Assembly (NCBI GenBank): GCA_000993115.1
Contig: LBVN01000007.1
Location: 3,587 to 67,586 of the forward strand
Direction: 5' to 3'
DNA length: 64,000 nt
Origin: Candidatus Woesebacteria bacterium GW2011_GWB1_38_8b
GTDB taxonomy: Bacteria; Patescibacteriota; Microgenomatia; UBA8517
Under the pieces are notes generated by a model. The model was not told the DNA's origin, did no database searches, and worked only from the letters and a program-made list of their open reading frames with translations. A program made the position numbers and the translations under genes. Shown here piece by piece: positions 46,773 to 57,962 of the stretch. Position 1 is the first letter of the stretch, and the number at the start of each line of letters is the position of its first letter.

Positions 46773-46851
46773 ATTTTGTTAAAAAAACTATAAATTATAT
46801 TTTCACGGTTGTCAAGATAGTATTATGATATATTGTGATATATAAGAAGAA

Positions 46852-47160
46852 CTATTTTAAGGAAATGTTATCTACTTTTAATTTGGTAAATACAGGGCGG
46901 ATTCCCAATTTTTTCCTATAACGGGATTTGGCTTTGTATTTTATAACCGTTACTTTATCTCCCTTAAATTTTTCATCAACAACACTGAATTTAACCGAAA
47001 CATTATCAAGTTTTGGTGTTCCTATTATTACTTTACCGTCATTTGAGGCAAAAATTACATCCGTAGCTTTTGGATCAAACCCTTCCCCTTGTACCAATAT
47101 TTCATCCCCTTCAGAAATTAAATATTGTTTTGATTTAATAATTACTGCGACGTATTTCAT
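46852..47160 (-). CDS. rplU: 50S ribosomal protein L21
   Basis: KQYLISEGD, IGTP, KYKAKSRYRKKLG.R; upstream of rpmA. Confidence 0.93.
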   Translation of the reverse strand: MKYVAVIIKSKQYLISEGDEILVQGEGFDPKATDVIFASNDGKVIIGTPKLDNVSVKFSVVDEKFKGDKVTVIKYKAKSRYRKKLGIRPVFTKLKVDNISLK

Positions 47161-47226
47161 AAAATTAAATTTCTTAAATATAAGTTCATATTCTAGCTGT
47201 AAATTCAAAATATTACAAGGCTAACT

Positions 47227-48276
47227 TCATTTTTTGGCATTTAAAACCATTGCTGTTGATATTACTGTACCTATAAGAGCAGATCCTCCTGCAGAAACAA
47301 AAGGCAGTGGAACTCCTGTAATAGGCAGAAGTCCCATGTTCATCCCAATATGGATTACTGCTTCAGTTAATAAACTTAATAGAACTGCTGTAATAAAAGC
47401 CCTGGACTTGGGATCTTTTGCTCGGTCAATAAAAGATGACATAACAAAAAAATAAATAAATAGAAGTAATAAAATTGTAAATGTTCCTATCAATCCCAAC
47501 TCCTCCCCTATAGATGCAAAAATAAAATCAGTGTGCCTTTCCGGTAAAAAGGCAAGCTGAGTTTGTATTCCTTTCCCCAACCCTTTCCCAAAAACCCCTC
47601 CCGAACCCACCGATATCATAGACTGAATGCTGTTGTAACCAACCCCTAATGGATCGCTGTTAGGATCTAGAAAACCGGTAATGCGGTTTTTTTGGTAAGG
47701 AGCAAGCAGTAACCAAATAAGAGGAAGTGTTGCAAGTCCTAACAAAATCACGGTAAATATTTGTTTTTTGTTAATACTTGATGATAAAAGCACTCCGAAA
47801 AATCCTACTCCAGTCAAAAGTGAAACACCAAGTGACGGTTGTACTAATATCAAGAAAAAGGGAATTAAAAATAATATTACGGATTTGACCAGGTGCTTAA
47901 AATCAATCTCATCCCGAATTAAATACTGGGCAAAAAACAAAAACAAAAAAGGTCTTACAATTTCCGACGGTTGAAAACTAAGCCCGAATAAAGGAATCCA
48001 TCTGATAGCACCTCTGGTTACTTGTCCGATTATAAGAGGTAATATTAAAAGTAGTAATGATCCAATATACAAATGAAGCGAAAATATTTTCATAATTTCA
48101 GGATCAAGTCTCCAAAACATGATAAAGACAACCAGCGACGCTCCTAAATATATGTAATATGTAGGAAAAATACCCGGTGCGACAGTTCTCAAAACCAATG
48201 TACCAATTAGTATAAGAAGCGAAATTGACAATAATATGAGTCCATCTCTACCAAAAAGTTTAGTTACTTTCCCCAT
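47227..48276 (-). CDS. rodA: SEDS family peptidoglycan polymerase RodA
   Basis: FQPSE, YQKNRI, FLPERHTDFIF, PITGVPLPFVSAGGS. Confidence 0.92.
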   Translation of the reverse strand: MGKVTKLFGRDGLILLSISLLILIGTLVLRTVAPGIFPTYYIYLGASLVVFIMFWRLDPEIMKIFSLHLYIGSLLLLILPLIIGQVTRGAIRWIPLFGLSFQPSEIVRPFLFLFFAQYLIRDEIDFKHLVKSVILFLIPFFLILVQPSLGVSLLTGVGFFGVLLSSSINKKQIFTVILLGLATLPLIWLLLAPYQKNRITGFLDPNSDPLGVGYNSIQSMISVGSGGVFGKGLGKGIQTQLAFLPERHTDFIFASIGEELGLIGTFTILLLLFIYFFVMSSFIDRAKDPKSRAFITAVLLSLLTEAVIHIGMNMGLLPITGVPLPFVSAGGSALIGTVISTAMVLNAKK

Positions 48277-48282
48277 ACTGAA

Positions 48283-51200
48283 TCATTTGTTCTCTTTTTC
48301 TACTTTAAATTCTCCCACCACTACTTCATTAGCAAGGGTAATTCGTTTTATTAAACCAAGTAATTCCGAACTTTTGGGTAACCACTCTGATGTAACTTTT
48401 ATTTTTTCTGATAGATCTACATTTAATTTTTTTCTCTGATGCTGGATATTTCTTATCAACGCACGTGTTTTTGCCTCCTCAAGAAGATCAGGGGTTATTG
48501 TCAAATCCAATTCTACTGAAATGTCTTTGGTATCTTTTGTATTTCCCCAGACTACATTTTTTACATTGACTTCGTCTTTAATGACATCTGCAATTTCTTT
48601 TCCCATTTCATAAATATTTGTAGTTAATTTATTTAGAGGTTGTCTTACGGCAATTTGTTTTTCTTTCCTTTGGGCATGAACCTCTTCGCAAATTTTCCTT
48701 GCTAAAAGCATATTAATTAATAGTTCCCCGTCCACGGTGAAATCAATTTCCGGCCATTCGGATAAATGAATACTTTTGGCTTTTGTTATGTTTTCATATA
48801 TTTCATCCGATAAAAATGGAGTAAAAGGTGCCAGTATTTTAACTAAAGTGAGCAAGACAAAATATGTGGTCTCATAAAAATGATTTTTATCTGTATCCGA
48901 AATTGAAGTAAACCCCGTTCTTACTCGGGACCTTCTTATATACCAATTTGACAAATCATCAACAAATTCCTCCAAACAAACTGATGCTGTTTGCGAGTCA
49001 AATTTATCCAAAGCATCTTCTACCGAATTTAAGGTTTCTGTCAACCTAGTTAATATCCAGCGATCTAAAATATTTGTTGACCCTTCGATTAATTTCCCTT
49101 CTTTTAAAACACCGTCAGGAGACCAATTGTCCAAAGTCGCATACGTAACAAAATAATTATAAACATTCCAAATTTTTAAATGAAATCTTCGCCTTATTTC
49201 ATCGCCTATTTTATATCCGAACAATAAATTATCCGATGGGTTTTGCCTTGTGTAAAGCCAGCGCATAACATCTACTCCGATTTTTCCTGCACCTTCATTA
49301 AATTCAATTGAATTACCTGTGCTTTTATGCATTGGTCGTCCATCTTCGGCAAGAAGTGTCGCAAATCCCAGTATTGTTTTTGCAGGCTCAATATTTTCCA
49401 TTACAGTACTCATTGCAATGAGCGAATAAAACCAATTCTTAAACTGACCGGGGAAACTTTCCGTAATAAAATCAGCCGGGACCCATTTCTCCCATTCCTT
49501 TTTATCCTTTGTGTAAAGAGGTTCTTCATCGCTTTTTTCAAATAAAGTAGCACGATTATTCTCAGAGACCGTAGAATAAGCAACAATTCCTGCATCAAGC
49601 CAGGGGTTTCCAACCGGTTCAATTCGCGACATCAATTTGCCGCATTTATCACACTTTAATTTGAGAAAATCTATTTCAGGTTTATGTGGAGTTTTTCCTT
49701 CAAACTTATCCCATCCTTCAACAGTTTTATCCCGGAGCTCATCATAAGATCCGATAACCGCAAAGTTACCGCACTCGCATTCCCAAATTGGCAAAGCCAA
49801 TCCCCAGTATCTGTTCTTTTTTGAAATAAGCCAGTCATGCATATTCTTAAGCCAATCCAGCTCCCTCTCCATCCCAAATCTCGGAATCCATTTAATATTT
49901 TTACTAACATCTATCATCCTTTCCCGTAAAGATTTACCTTTTACTTTGTCGTCCGGAAAGTTTGTGGTAGGTCGATCCATTGCGATATACCATTCTTTAG
50001 TTACTTTCCAAACCAATTCAGCTTTGCATCTCCAACATGCCGGGTATCTATGTTTATATGGAAGAATTTTAAACAGAAAATCTTTTTCCTCCAATTTTTC
50101 CAAAATTAATTCAGGTTTGTCTTTTGCATTAAGTCCTTCTAAATATCCAAAACCATCAAGATAATTTGCGGTATCGTCAATTGCGGGTATAACAGGAAGA
50201 CCTAATTTAACCCCAAGTTTATGGTCTTCTTCCCCGGTTGAAGTTGAAGTGTGTACCAAGCCGGTTCCTTCTTCGATGGTTATTGGCATGATTAGAGTGT
50301 CTGTTGGAATTACCTTGTGAAACTTTTCTTTGTCTTCAGAGCCTAAACCGGCTACGTAAGGCAAATCGTCAAAAGCAGAGGTGTATTTTAATCCCAAAAG
50401 TTCTTCCCCTTTTGCTTCCTTTAACACTTTTACATCTTCCCCGAATATTTTTTTGGAAAGTTCTTTAACAACCCAATATTTTTTCCCTTCAAACTCGCAC
50501 AACACATAAATAAAGCCTGCGTCCACTGCAACAGCTGTGTTTGCAGGAATTGTCCAAGGAGTTGTTGTCCAAACCAAAAGATATTCATTCTCCCGATCAA
50601 TCAATGGCAATCTGAAATAAACAGATTTATGTGTTACCTCCTTATAGTCTTCAGTCAAAATCTCATGCTGAGAAATCGCAGTTTCGCATCTGGGGCACCA
50701 GGGTACGACATCGTTTCCGCTGTATATCCAGCCATTATCGTGACACACTTTCAAAAATTTCCAGATCATGTAATTATTGTTCTCCGATAACGTAAAATAG
50801 GAGTTATCCCAATCCATAAAATAGCCTAATCGTTTACTCTGCTGCGTTTGTATATCTGAATATTTTTTTACCCGTTCCCGGCAAAGAACAACGAACTTGG
50901 CAATTGATGCGTTCTTGTCCCCGGGGACAAGATTTTCTATGTCTTTTTTGCTTTTTAATCCCAATTCTTTTTCTACTTCTACCTCAACCCAAAGTCCCTG
51001 GCAATCAAAACCGTTTTGGAACCTTTGCCTGAATCCTCTCATGTTTTTATACCTTTGCCATAAATCTTTATATGTTCTTCCCCAAGCATGATGTACCCCC
51101 ATTGGATTATTTGCGGTAATGGGTCCGTCTAAAAAAGAAAAGAATTTATCGGAATTATCGTTTTTATGAAGGTATTTATCTACAATCCCTTGTTCATACC

Positions 51201-51294
51201 ACTTTTTCAAAAGCCTTTCTTCAATTTCAGGAAAATTAGGGTTCGGGTTTATTGGTTCAAAATATGGCTTTTTGGTAGTCTTTTTTACGATCAT
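48283..51294 (-). CDS. ileS: Isoleucyl-tRNA synthetase
   Basis: DGPITAN, GFDCQGL, WTTTPWT, GTGLVH, PMHKS, LSNWYIRRSR. Confidence 0.95.
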   Translation of the reverse strand: MIVKKTTKKPYFEPINPNPNFPEIEERLLKKWYEQGIVDKYLHKNDNSDKFFSFLDGPITANNPMGVHHAWGRTYKDLWQRYKNMRGFRQRFQNGFDCQGLWVEVEVEKELGLKSKKDIENLVPGDKNASIAKFVVLCRERVKKYSDIQTQQSKRLGYFMDWDNSYFTLSENNNYMIWKFLKVCHDNGWIYSGNDVVPWCPRCETAISQHEILTEDYKEVTHKSVYFRLPLIDRENEYLLVWTTTPWTIPANTAVAVDAGFIYVLCEFEGKKYWVVKELSKKIFGEDVKVLKEAKGEELLGLKYTSAFDDLPYVAGLGSEDKEKFHKVIPTDTLIMPITIEEGTGLVHTSTSTGEEDHKLGVKLGLPVIPAIDDTANYLDGFGYLEGLNAKDKPELILEKLEEKDFLFKILPYKHRYPACWRCKAELVWKVTKEWYIAMDRPTTNFPDDKVKGKSLRERMIDVSKNIKWIPRFGMERELDWLKNMHDWLISKKNRYWGLALPIWECECGNFAVIGSYDELRDKTVEGWDKFEGKTPHKPEIDFLKLKCDKCGKLMSRIEPVGNPWLDAGIVAYSTVSENNRATLFEKSDEEPLYTKDKKEWEKWVPADFITESFPGQFKNWFYSLIAMSTVMENIEPAKTILGFATLLAEDGRPMHKSTGNSIEFNEGAGKIGVDVMRWLYTRQNPSDNLLFGYKIGDEIRRRFHLKIWNVYNYFVTYATLDNWSPDGVLKEGKLIEGSTNILDRWILTRLTETLNSVEDALDKFDSQTASVCLEEFVDDLSNWYIRRSRVRTGFTSISDTDKNHFYETTYFVLLTLVKILAPFTPFLSDEIYENITKAKSIHLSEWPEIDFTVDGELLINMLLARKICEEVHAQRKEKQIAVRQPLNKLTTNIYEMGKEIADVIKDEVNVKNVVWGNTKDTKDISVELDLTITPDLLEEAKTRALIRNIQHQRKKLNVDLSEKIKVTSEWLPKSSELLGLIKRITLANEVVVGEFKVEKENK

Positions 51295-51346
51295 GAAGCA
51301 ATTTTACACCGAGTCAAGATTATTGTGAACAATGAATCAATTTAAA

Positions 51347-52489
51347 CTATGTAATTTTTCGCAAAAATGCAGGGATTTCAAACTTGTCTCCGAAAGGATC
51401 GTCGTCGTCCTTTTTACCTTCCTCGTCATCCTCGTCATCACTGACGGTATCTTCTTTTCTCTCCGGAGTTTCACTGACGACACCCTGAATTGGAGTGTTA
51501 TGTATCAGGTTCATCTTACCAATTCGAGAGCGGGTTTCATCAAATCCTGTCGCGACAACAGTAATTTTAAGCTGGTCCGCTAATTCTTCTTTAATTACAG
51601 CTCCGAAAATTATATTCGCATCCCTATCTGCACTATTTGATATTATCTTAGCAGCCTCATCAACCTCAAACATTGTCAGATCAGATCCACCCGTGATGTT
51701 AAAAAGAACGCCTGTTGCACCTTCGATTGATAGATCCAGTAGAGGAGATGAAATTGCCGCACGAGCCGCCATTTGGGCACGGTTTTCTCCGACACCTGTT
51801 CCAATTCCCAAAAGAGCTGATCCCGTATTTTTCATAATTGTTTTAACGTCCGCAAAATCAACGTTTATAAGACCGGGAGTTGTTATTATATCTGCGATTC
51901 CGCCAACCGCCTGGGCAAGAACCGAATCGGCAACTTTAAAAGCCTCAAGAAGCGTCATTTTTCGGTCAATTACATCCATAAGCCTTTGGTTCGGAATTAC
52001 AATAAGGGTATCAACACTGTCCCGCAGTTTTTCTATTCCGTCATCTGCGGCAACTGTTCTTCTCGTGCCTTCAAAATGAAAAGGCTTTGTAACAATACCA
52101 ATTGTAAGAGCGCCTTGTTCTTTAGCAAGTTTTGCAATTACAGGTGAAGCACCCGTTCCTGTTCCTCCACCCATCCCCGCGGTTACAAATACCATATCAG
52201 AGTCGACCAAAAATTCCTTTATTTTTTCAATTGACTCCTCAGCAGCCTGCTCACCAATTGCAGGATCCCCTCCAACCCCTAATCCTTTAGTAAGTTTTTC
52301 ACCGATTTGAAGTTTGGTCGGTGCTTTATTAGCAAGTAAAACTTGTGCGTCAGTATTTATTGCGATAAATTCAACACCGCGAATTGAATTATCTTCGATC
52401 ATTGAAGATACTGCGTTGCCGCCACCGCCACCGACTCCAATAACTTTAATTTTTGCAATTCTTGCTGAGTCTGGTTTTACAAGTGCCAT
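51347..52489 (-). CDS. ftsZ: Cell division protein FtsZ
   Basis: [16 protein letters not shown]-terminal EIPAFLR. Confidence 0.98.
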   Translation of the reverse strand: MALVKPDSARIAKIKVIGVGGGGGNAVSSMIEDNSIRGVEFIAINTDAQVLLANKAPTKLQIGEKLTKGLGVGGDPAIGEQAAEESIEKIKEFLVDSDMVFVTAGMGGGTGTGASPVIAKLAKEQGALTIGIVTKPFHFEGTRRTVAADDGIEKLRDSVDTLIVIPNQRLMDVIDRKMTLLEAFKVADSVLAQAVGGIADIITTPGLINVDFADVKTIMKNTGSALLGIGTGVGENRAQMAARAAISSPLLDLSIEGATGVLFNITGGSDLTMFEVDEAAKIISNSADRDANIIFGAVIKEELADQLKITVVATGFDETRSRIGKMNLIHNTPIQGVVSETPERKEDTVSDDEDDEEGKKDDDDPFGDKFEIPAFLRKIT

Positions 52490-52631
52490 AAGTGCATTTA
52501 GCGCGATTATATAAGGGGCAGAAATAAATTACAAGCTACGGAAGTGCTTTCTAAATCGCATATTAATATAGCACAAATTATTTCGTACTATAAGTACAAC
52601 ATTTACACCACCGTCGGCTGTTTAAAAATTG

Positions 52632-53903
52632 CTATGGCAGAAGATCTTTAACCGTATTTATTAACTTTGAAAATATTCCCATTGATGGAAGCTTCAGTTT
52701 TTTTGAAAATGAAAAAGATTGAGGAACAACTTCTTTCGAATACCCGAACAAAATTAAACCGGCTGGAGTCGCAAACGAAGGAGTAACTACATCGTCAATT
52801 AATCCGCTTAAGCCTTTAGGTTTTCCGATACGCACAGGCAGTGCTAACATACGCCGAGCTGATTCGGTAATTCCGACAGTATCAGCGCCACCCCCGGTAA
52901 TAATTGCACCTGAGGGAATCATATGAGATAAATTATCTTTATCAAGCTGAAGCTTAATCATAGAAAATATTTCGTTTAAGCGGGGTCTAATTATGCCCTC
53001 AACCAAAGTCTTTTTTGACACCTTTTTATTATCATTAACTCCCCACTCATTCAGATCAAGTTGGTCTTCATCCTCCTTTTTCTTAATTTGTTTCTTATCT
53101 TCTTTTGACAACATGACCTTTATTTTTTCTGCAGATTCCAGTGGAACCCGAAGTCCGATTGCCAAATCATTTGTAACATTTTTAGCCCCAATCGGCAGAA
53201 CCGAAGAAAAAACCAAAGCTCCATCTACAAAAGCTGCAATAGAAGTTGTTCCGCCTCCAATATCAATCAGGACACAACCTAATTCTTTCTCCGTTTTAGT
53301 TAAGACCGCCTCCGCAGAAGCTAAACCCGAAAAAACCAATCCGTTAATTGCAACCCCTACCTCATTTATGGCTCTTTTAAGGTTCTTTATGGCTGGTCCT
53401 GATGCAGTGACCAGATGGGTCTCAACTTCAAGACGGATTCCGCTCATACCTACAGGATCTTTAACCCCGGCTTCCCCATCTACAATATATTCTCTCGGAA
53501 GAACGTGTATTATTTCCCGGGAAGAGGGGATTGAAACTGCGCTAGCGGCTTCGATTACCCGATCAACGTCGTCTGCAACTATTTCTTCGTTAGGGTTTGA
53601 AACGGCAACAACACCATGAGAATTTTGTGAGGATATATGTGCACCACCTAAAGAAATAAAAGCATTGTCAACATTATATCCGGCCATCCTTTCAGCAGCT
53701 TCAACGCTTTGTATGATTGCCTCAACCGCTTCTTCGATGTCGACAATTTGTCCCTTTTTAATTCCTCTTGATTCGATCGATGAAACTCCAACTATGTTCA
53801 CACCTTCCATTAATCCGTCCTCATTTGCATTAACCTGTGCAATAAGTGTTGCAATTTTTGAAGACCCTATCTCGATGCCTGTTACAATCTTAGCCTTTGT
53901 CAT
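52632..53903 (-). CDS. ftsA: Cell division protein FtsA
   Basis: EIGSSK, DIGGGTT, AEKIK, ITGGG, VRIGKP. Confidence 0.97.
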   Translation of the reverse strand: MTKAKIVTGIEIGSSKIATLIAQVNANEDGLMEGVNIVGVSSIESRGIKKGQIVDIEEAVEAIIQSVEAAERMAGYNVDNAFISLGGAHISSQNSHGVVAVSNPNEEIVADDVDRVIEAASAVSIPSSREIIHVLPREYIVDGEAGVKDPVGMSGIRLEVETHLVTASGPAIKNLKRAINEVGVAINGLVFSGLASAEAVLTKTEKELGCVLIDIGGGTTSIAAFVDGALVFSSVLPIGAKNVTNDLAIGLRVPLESAEKIKVMLSKEDKKQIKKKEDEDQLDLNEWGVNDNKKVSKKTLVEGIIRPRLNEIFSMIKLQLDKDNLSHMIPSGAIITGGGADTVGITESARRMLALPVRIGKPKGLSGLIDDVVTPSFATPAGLILFGYSKEVVPQSFSFSKKLKLPSMGIFSKLINTVKDLLP

Positions 53904-53908
53904 ATTTT

Positions 53909-54682
53909 TTATTTTTTTCGTATCACAGGATTTTTAAACCTGAAATCAATCTCTTTAATTTCACTTTTTTCAATTGTAGTTTCTTTATCGGGGTTATTCA
54001 AGCGTGAAACTATTAAGTTAATAGCACCGGTTAAATAATCACTATCTCCATCGAGAGGAAATATATACAATATACCAGTATTTTTTAAAATTAAATTTAT
54101 ACGATCGTCCTCTATTTTAAAACTCTCAATTTCAAGTATTTTACTTATTTTTTCATATAATAAGCATCCGAAATATATATTTTTTGGCACTTTTTCACCG
54201 ATATTTGGAAGTCCTCCTTTAACTTCTAATTTTTTAATATTTGTGGATTCAGTTAATTCCAAAACTGTACCGTCTATATCTAAAAGTGCAAACCAATTAC
54301 TATCTCCTTTTACAGCAATAACAGGTGATTTAAACTCAACATTAACTTTTACGGTACTGGGAAAGACATAACTGACCTTATAGCTTTTAAGTAAATCATT
54401 TTGCCTGAGCAGTTTTTTTATTCCGGAAATCGATTCTGTTGGAGAATTATTAAGATAAGCTCTAAAATTATCTCCAAAACCTTCCCTACAGGCAATATTA
54501 CTTTCAAAACAATAAATATTTTTAACTAACAGCTGCTTCCAAGCAACTATCACAATTGGAAATATTAAAAAAGCAAATAAGAAGCCTACTATTATTTTTT
54601 TAATTACTTTCCCCGGTAAAATTCTAAATCTTTTACTCTTGTTTCTAAATTGCTTGTGGGCAAATAAAATATTCCTGACCAT
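53909..54682 (-). CDS. ftsQ: FtsQ/DivIB-like protein
   Basis: TM, FPSTVKV, IDFRFKNPV; between murG and ftsA. Confidence 0.75.
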   Translation of the reverse strand: MVRNILFAHKQFRNKSKRFRILPGKVIKKIIVGFLFAFLIFPIVIVAWKQLLVKNIYCFESNIACREGFGDNFRAYLNNSPTESISGIKKLLRQNDLLKSYKVSYVFPSTVKVNVEFKSPVIAVKGDSNWFALLDIDGTVLELTESTNIKKLEVKGGLPNIGEKVPKNIYFGCLLYEKISKILEIESFKIEDDRINLILKNTGILYIFPLDGDSDYLTGAINLIVSRLNNPDKETTIEKSEIKEIDFRFKNPVIRKK

Positions 54683-54702
54683 GACATTTATCAAAGCTGA
54701 GT

Positions 54703-55806
54703 TTATACCCTAAACAGTAAATCTACGAGTTTTTCAGAAGCATCCAAGTCGGGGGATTTTTTGTTACTCACGGATGAAGTAATTTCTTTCCAATTCTTAA
54801 CTATATTTTTCAGCTCTTCTACTAAAAGCTCGGGTGTGGCGTCTTTCTGGGAAATTACTGTTGCAAGCCCAAAATCCTTAACGTAATCTGCGTTTATTTG
54901 TTGTTCGTTTAAATAAGAATAAGGGATTGGGATTAATATTGCAGGTTTTTTAATAATTGCCAACTGGTAAGTAAAGTTAGCGCCTGACCTGGCAACAAAA
55001 ATGTCAGCCCAATCTAAATGTTCTCCCCACTTATCAGGATGAATTACACTCTCCACTTTATATCTCTCACTAAACTTTATTGGCAGCTCTACTTTTATAC
55101 TGACAAACTTCTTATACTCTATATCTCCTGTCTGATGTATTACCTCGCAGGTATCGAGCAAGTTTAATAATGCAACCTGAACAAGTTTATTGATCATTGC
55201 TGAACCGCTAAATCCTCCCGTTACAAATATGTGTACGGGATTATGAATATTAGGCGTATTATCCGCTTTAACGTTTTTGGGAATTGGATTTCCAGTTACA
55301 ACACACTTTTGCTTTGGAAAATATTTCATGCTGGACTCTCTGGCTAGAGCTATTTTTTTAGCCATACGTGATGAAGCTAGATTAGCTCTTCCGGCAACGC
55401 TTGTTTGTTCGTGTATAACAACCGGAATTCTTCTTATCCATGAAGCCAAAACAACAGGAAAACCTGCATATCCACCAAAAGACAAAATTATATCAGGATT
55501 TATTTTATTTATTATTACTAGTGATTGAAGAAGTCCCAAAGGAAGTTTTAATAAAGACATCCACGACCAAAAAGACCGCTTTATTGCAAGCCTTCCGGCA
55601 TTAATACTATAAAGTTTTATCCCTATATCGGAAAATGCGATTTGTGCCAGTGTTCTTGATCGTTTGCCTTCAACCGATGTTTTTCCACCAATGAAAAAAA
55701 GTTTTATATCCGGATCTCTGCGTTTAATCTCCTCGAATACCGCTAAAGCGGTAGAACCTGCATGTCCTCCGGTTAATACTATTTTATTTATCTTGTTTTT
55801 TTGCAT
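54703..55806 (-). CDS. murG: UDP-GlcNAc:lipid I transferase
   Basis: TGGH, FGGY, HEQ, TGNP, RSGA, QQINA. Confidence 0.94.
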   Translation of the reverse strand: MQKNKINKIVLTGGHAGSTALAVFEEIKRRDPDIKLFFIGGKTSVEGKRSRTLAQIAFSDIGIKLYSINAGRLAIKRSFWSWMSLLKLPLGLLQSLVIINKINPDIILSFGGYAGFPVVLASWIRRIPVVIHEQTSVAGRANLASSRMAKKIALARESSMKYFPKQKCVVTGNPIPKNVKADNTPNIHNPVHIFVTGGFSGSAMINKLVQVALLNLLDTCEVIHQTGDIEYKKFVSIKVELPIKFSERYKVESVIHPDKWGEHLDWADIFVARSGANFTYQLAIIKKPAILIPIPYSYLNEQQINADYVKDFGLATVISQKDATPELLVEELKNIVKNWKEITSSVSNKKSPDLDASEKLVDLLFRV

Positions 55807-56878
55807 ATTTACTTATGTTTAAAAGTATACCCGAAGAAGCCAATAACATCACAATCGAGGTTCCGCCGAACGAAATAAATGGAAGAGGAACTCCTGTAAT
55901 TGGTGTAATTGAAAGCATTGAGCTTAAGTTTAAAACAGTCTGTAGTCCAATCCATGAAGTAATTCCTATAGCGAGAATCTTCCCAAACTTGTTTTCAGTT
56001 TGAAGAGCAACTTTATATCCTTCGAATACGAGCAAAAAGAATATTAAAAGAAGCAAACCCGACCTGATAAAACCTGCCTCTTCCGCAATTATTGCAAATA
56101 TAGAATCTGAGGCTGATTCGGGGATAAATAAAAATTTTTGCCTTGACTGTCCCAGTCCTACACCAAACAATCCCCCCGATCCGATAGCAAGGAGAACTTG
56201 TCTGATATGATATGAGCTTTCGATATTTTGATTGTGATTAATAAAAGATATAAGGCGATCTCTTCTGTAATCCGAAGTAAATATGAGTGCAACCCCCGAA
56301 ACGATACCTACCAAAACCATTCCGAAATAAGAAAATATGTTAACACCGGCAGCAAAAATTTGGATTAACCCGGCGCCCACCAATATCATGGCTGTACCCA
56401 TATCCGGTTGTAGCATGACGAGTAAACTTACTATACCGAGTGGAATAAAATATGCCAGGATTTTTTTGTTTCCAACTGCAAGTTTTGCAATGTATATGGA
56501 AAGTGTTAGTTTTACCAGCTCCGATGGCTGAAAGTTTATTGGTCCTAACATGAGCCATCTTCTGGCACCCAAATATTTATTTCCGAATCCCGGAATTAAA
56601 ACCAGTAACAATAATCCCAAAGATGCAAAAAATATAAGCACGGCATACTTTTCCCACAATTTATAATTTACAAAAGACAATATAAACATACATATTAATC
56701 CTATACCCACAACGTAGACTTGCTGCTTTATAAAGAAAAATTTATCGTCAAATTGTCTTATTGCTAGTGGAGCTGATGCGTCTGCAACAGCAATCAATCC
56801 AATTCCCGTAAGCGTCAAAACATAAATTAGTATTTTTCGATTGACATGAAGTTTGTTTGAGTTTTTGCTTTTTTTCAC
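55784..56878 (-). CDS. ftsW: SEDS family cell division protein FtsW
   Basis: GARRW, FQPSE, QPDMGT, GLGQSRQK, SDSIFAIIAEE; GTG start after mraY. Confidence 0.94.
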   Translation of the reverse strand: MKKSKNSNKLHVNRKILIYVLTLTGIGLIAVADASAPLAIRQFDDKFFFIKQQVYVVGIGLICMFILSFVNYKLWEKYAVLIFFASLGLLLLVLIPGFGNKYLGARRWLMLGPINFQPSELVKLTLSIYIAKLAVGNKKILAYFIPLGIVSLLVMLQPDMGTAMILVGAGLIQIFAAGVNIFSYFGMVLVGIVSGVALIFTSDYRRDRLISFINHNQNIESSYHIRQVLLAIGSGGLFGVGLGQSRQKFLFIPESASDSIFAIIAEEAGFIRSGLLLLIFFLLVFEGYKVALQTENKFGKILAIGITSWIGLQTVLNLSSMLSITPITGVPLPFISFGGTSIVMLLASSGILLNISKYAKKQDK

Positions 56879-56882
56879 TACT

Positions 56883-57938
56883 TTAGATTGTAGCAAGCCA
56901 TAGACCAAAAATAGCCAGAACAATTCCTGCAAGCCAGGCCCTTGTAACAATTTTTGGTTCTTCCCAACCCATCGCCAAATAAGTGTTATGAAGTGGTGCT
57001 AAAGGAAGTATCGGGCGTTTTAAGTACTTCCAACCTAAAATTTGTACAGCAGAAGATGCAACTTCCAATACAAATATTCCTCCAATAAATACAAGTGCGA
57101 TAATGTTACCCGTAATTAAACCTATTATTCCAAGTGTTGCACCAAAAGATAGCGCACCGGCATCTCCCAACCAAATACGTGCAGGCCAAATGTTAAAGTA
57201 AAGAAAAGCTAAAAGAGATCCTGCCCAAAGAATCAGAAAAAGTGTTAACGGCATGTCAAGTGTTTTTGCAGCAATCACACCGAAAGCAATTATACAAATA
57301 AATAAAAGGCCGCTTGATAATCCGTCCAGTCCGTCAGTAATATTGAAAGCATTACTGAATGAAATTATAACAAAAGCCGCAAAAGGAATATAAAATACTC
57401 CCAAATTAATTGTTACATCAACAATCGGTATATGTAAAATACTTATTCCCAATACTCTATTTAAAAAATACCCAATCACTAAACCTAAAGTTAATTGAAT
57501 TAAAAACTTCAGTTTTCGTGTCATACCAAACCAAAGTCCTAATGTTCCTTTTTGAGGCTTTCCGAACATTTTTTTAATATCATCCGAAACACCTAAAATC
57601 GCAAATGATAAAAAAGTAAAAATTATTATAAACACTTCCTTGTTAACCGAAAAGCTGCTTCTTATTGGAATACCCATGTGTTTAGTTAAAAACATCAGAA
57701 CAAAAAATAAAACGGAAACAGAAGCGACTAATAAAATACCACCACCCACAGGAGTCCCTGCTTTTTTATCGTGCAGCTTATCAAATAGAGGAATTTTTCC
57801 CTTGGTTGGAGCTTCCTTACGTCGTAAAAACTTATATTTATACAAAAGATTAATAAAGGGAACTATCATCACACTATTGATTAAGAAAGAGAATAAAAAA
57901 ACTCCGAGTATCAACGATGATCCGTTTTGTAAGTTCAT
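56883..57938 (-). CDS. mraY: Phospho-MurNAc-pentapeptide transferase
   Basis: KAGTPVGGG, DD, NITDGLDGL, LGDAG, APLH. Confidence 0.96.
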   Translation of the reverse strand: MNLQNGSSLILGVFLFSFLINSVMIVPFINLLYKYKFLRRKEAPTKGKIPLFDKLHDKKAGTPVGGGILLVASVSVLFFVLMFLTKHMGIPIRSSFSVNKEVFIIIFTFLSFAILGVSDDIKKMFGKPQKGTLGLWFGMTRKLKFLIQLTLGLVIGYFLNRVLGISILHIPIVDVTINLGVFYIPFAAFVIISFSNAFNITDGLDGLSSGLLFICIIAFGVIAAKTLDMPLTLFLILWAGSLLAFLYFNIWPARIWLGDAGALSFGATLGIIGLITGNIIALVFIGGIFVLEVASSAVQILGWKYLKRPILPLAPLHNTYLAMGWEEPKIVTRAWLAGIVLAIFGLWLATI

Positions 57939-57962
57939 ATCTTTGTTAAAATTATAATAAAG

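Noticed and set aside
12449..53937. Long antisense ORFs (e.g. 12449-12883, 25865-26251, 51495-52079, 52993-53619)
   Set aside because: They are shadow frames of conserved genes on the opposite strand.
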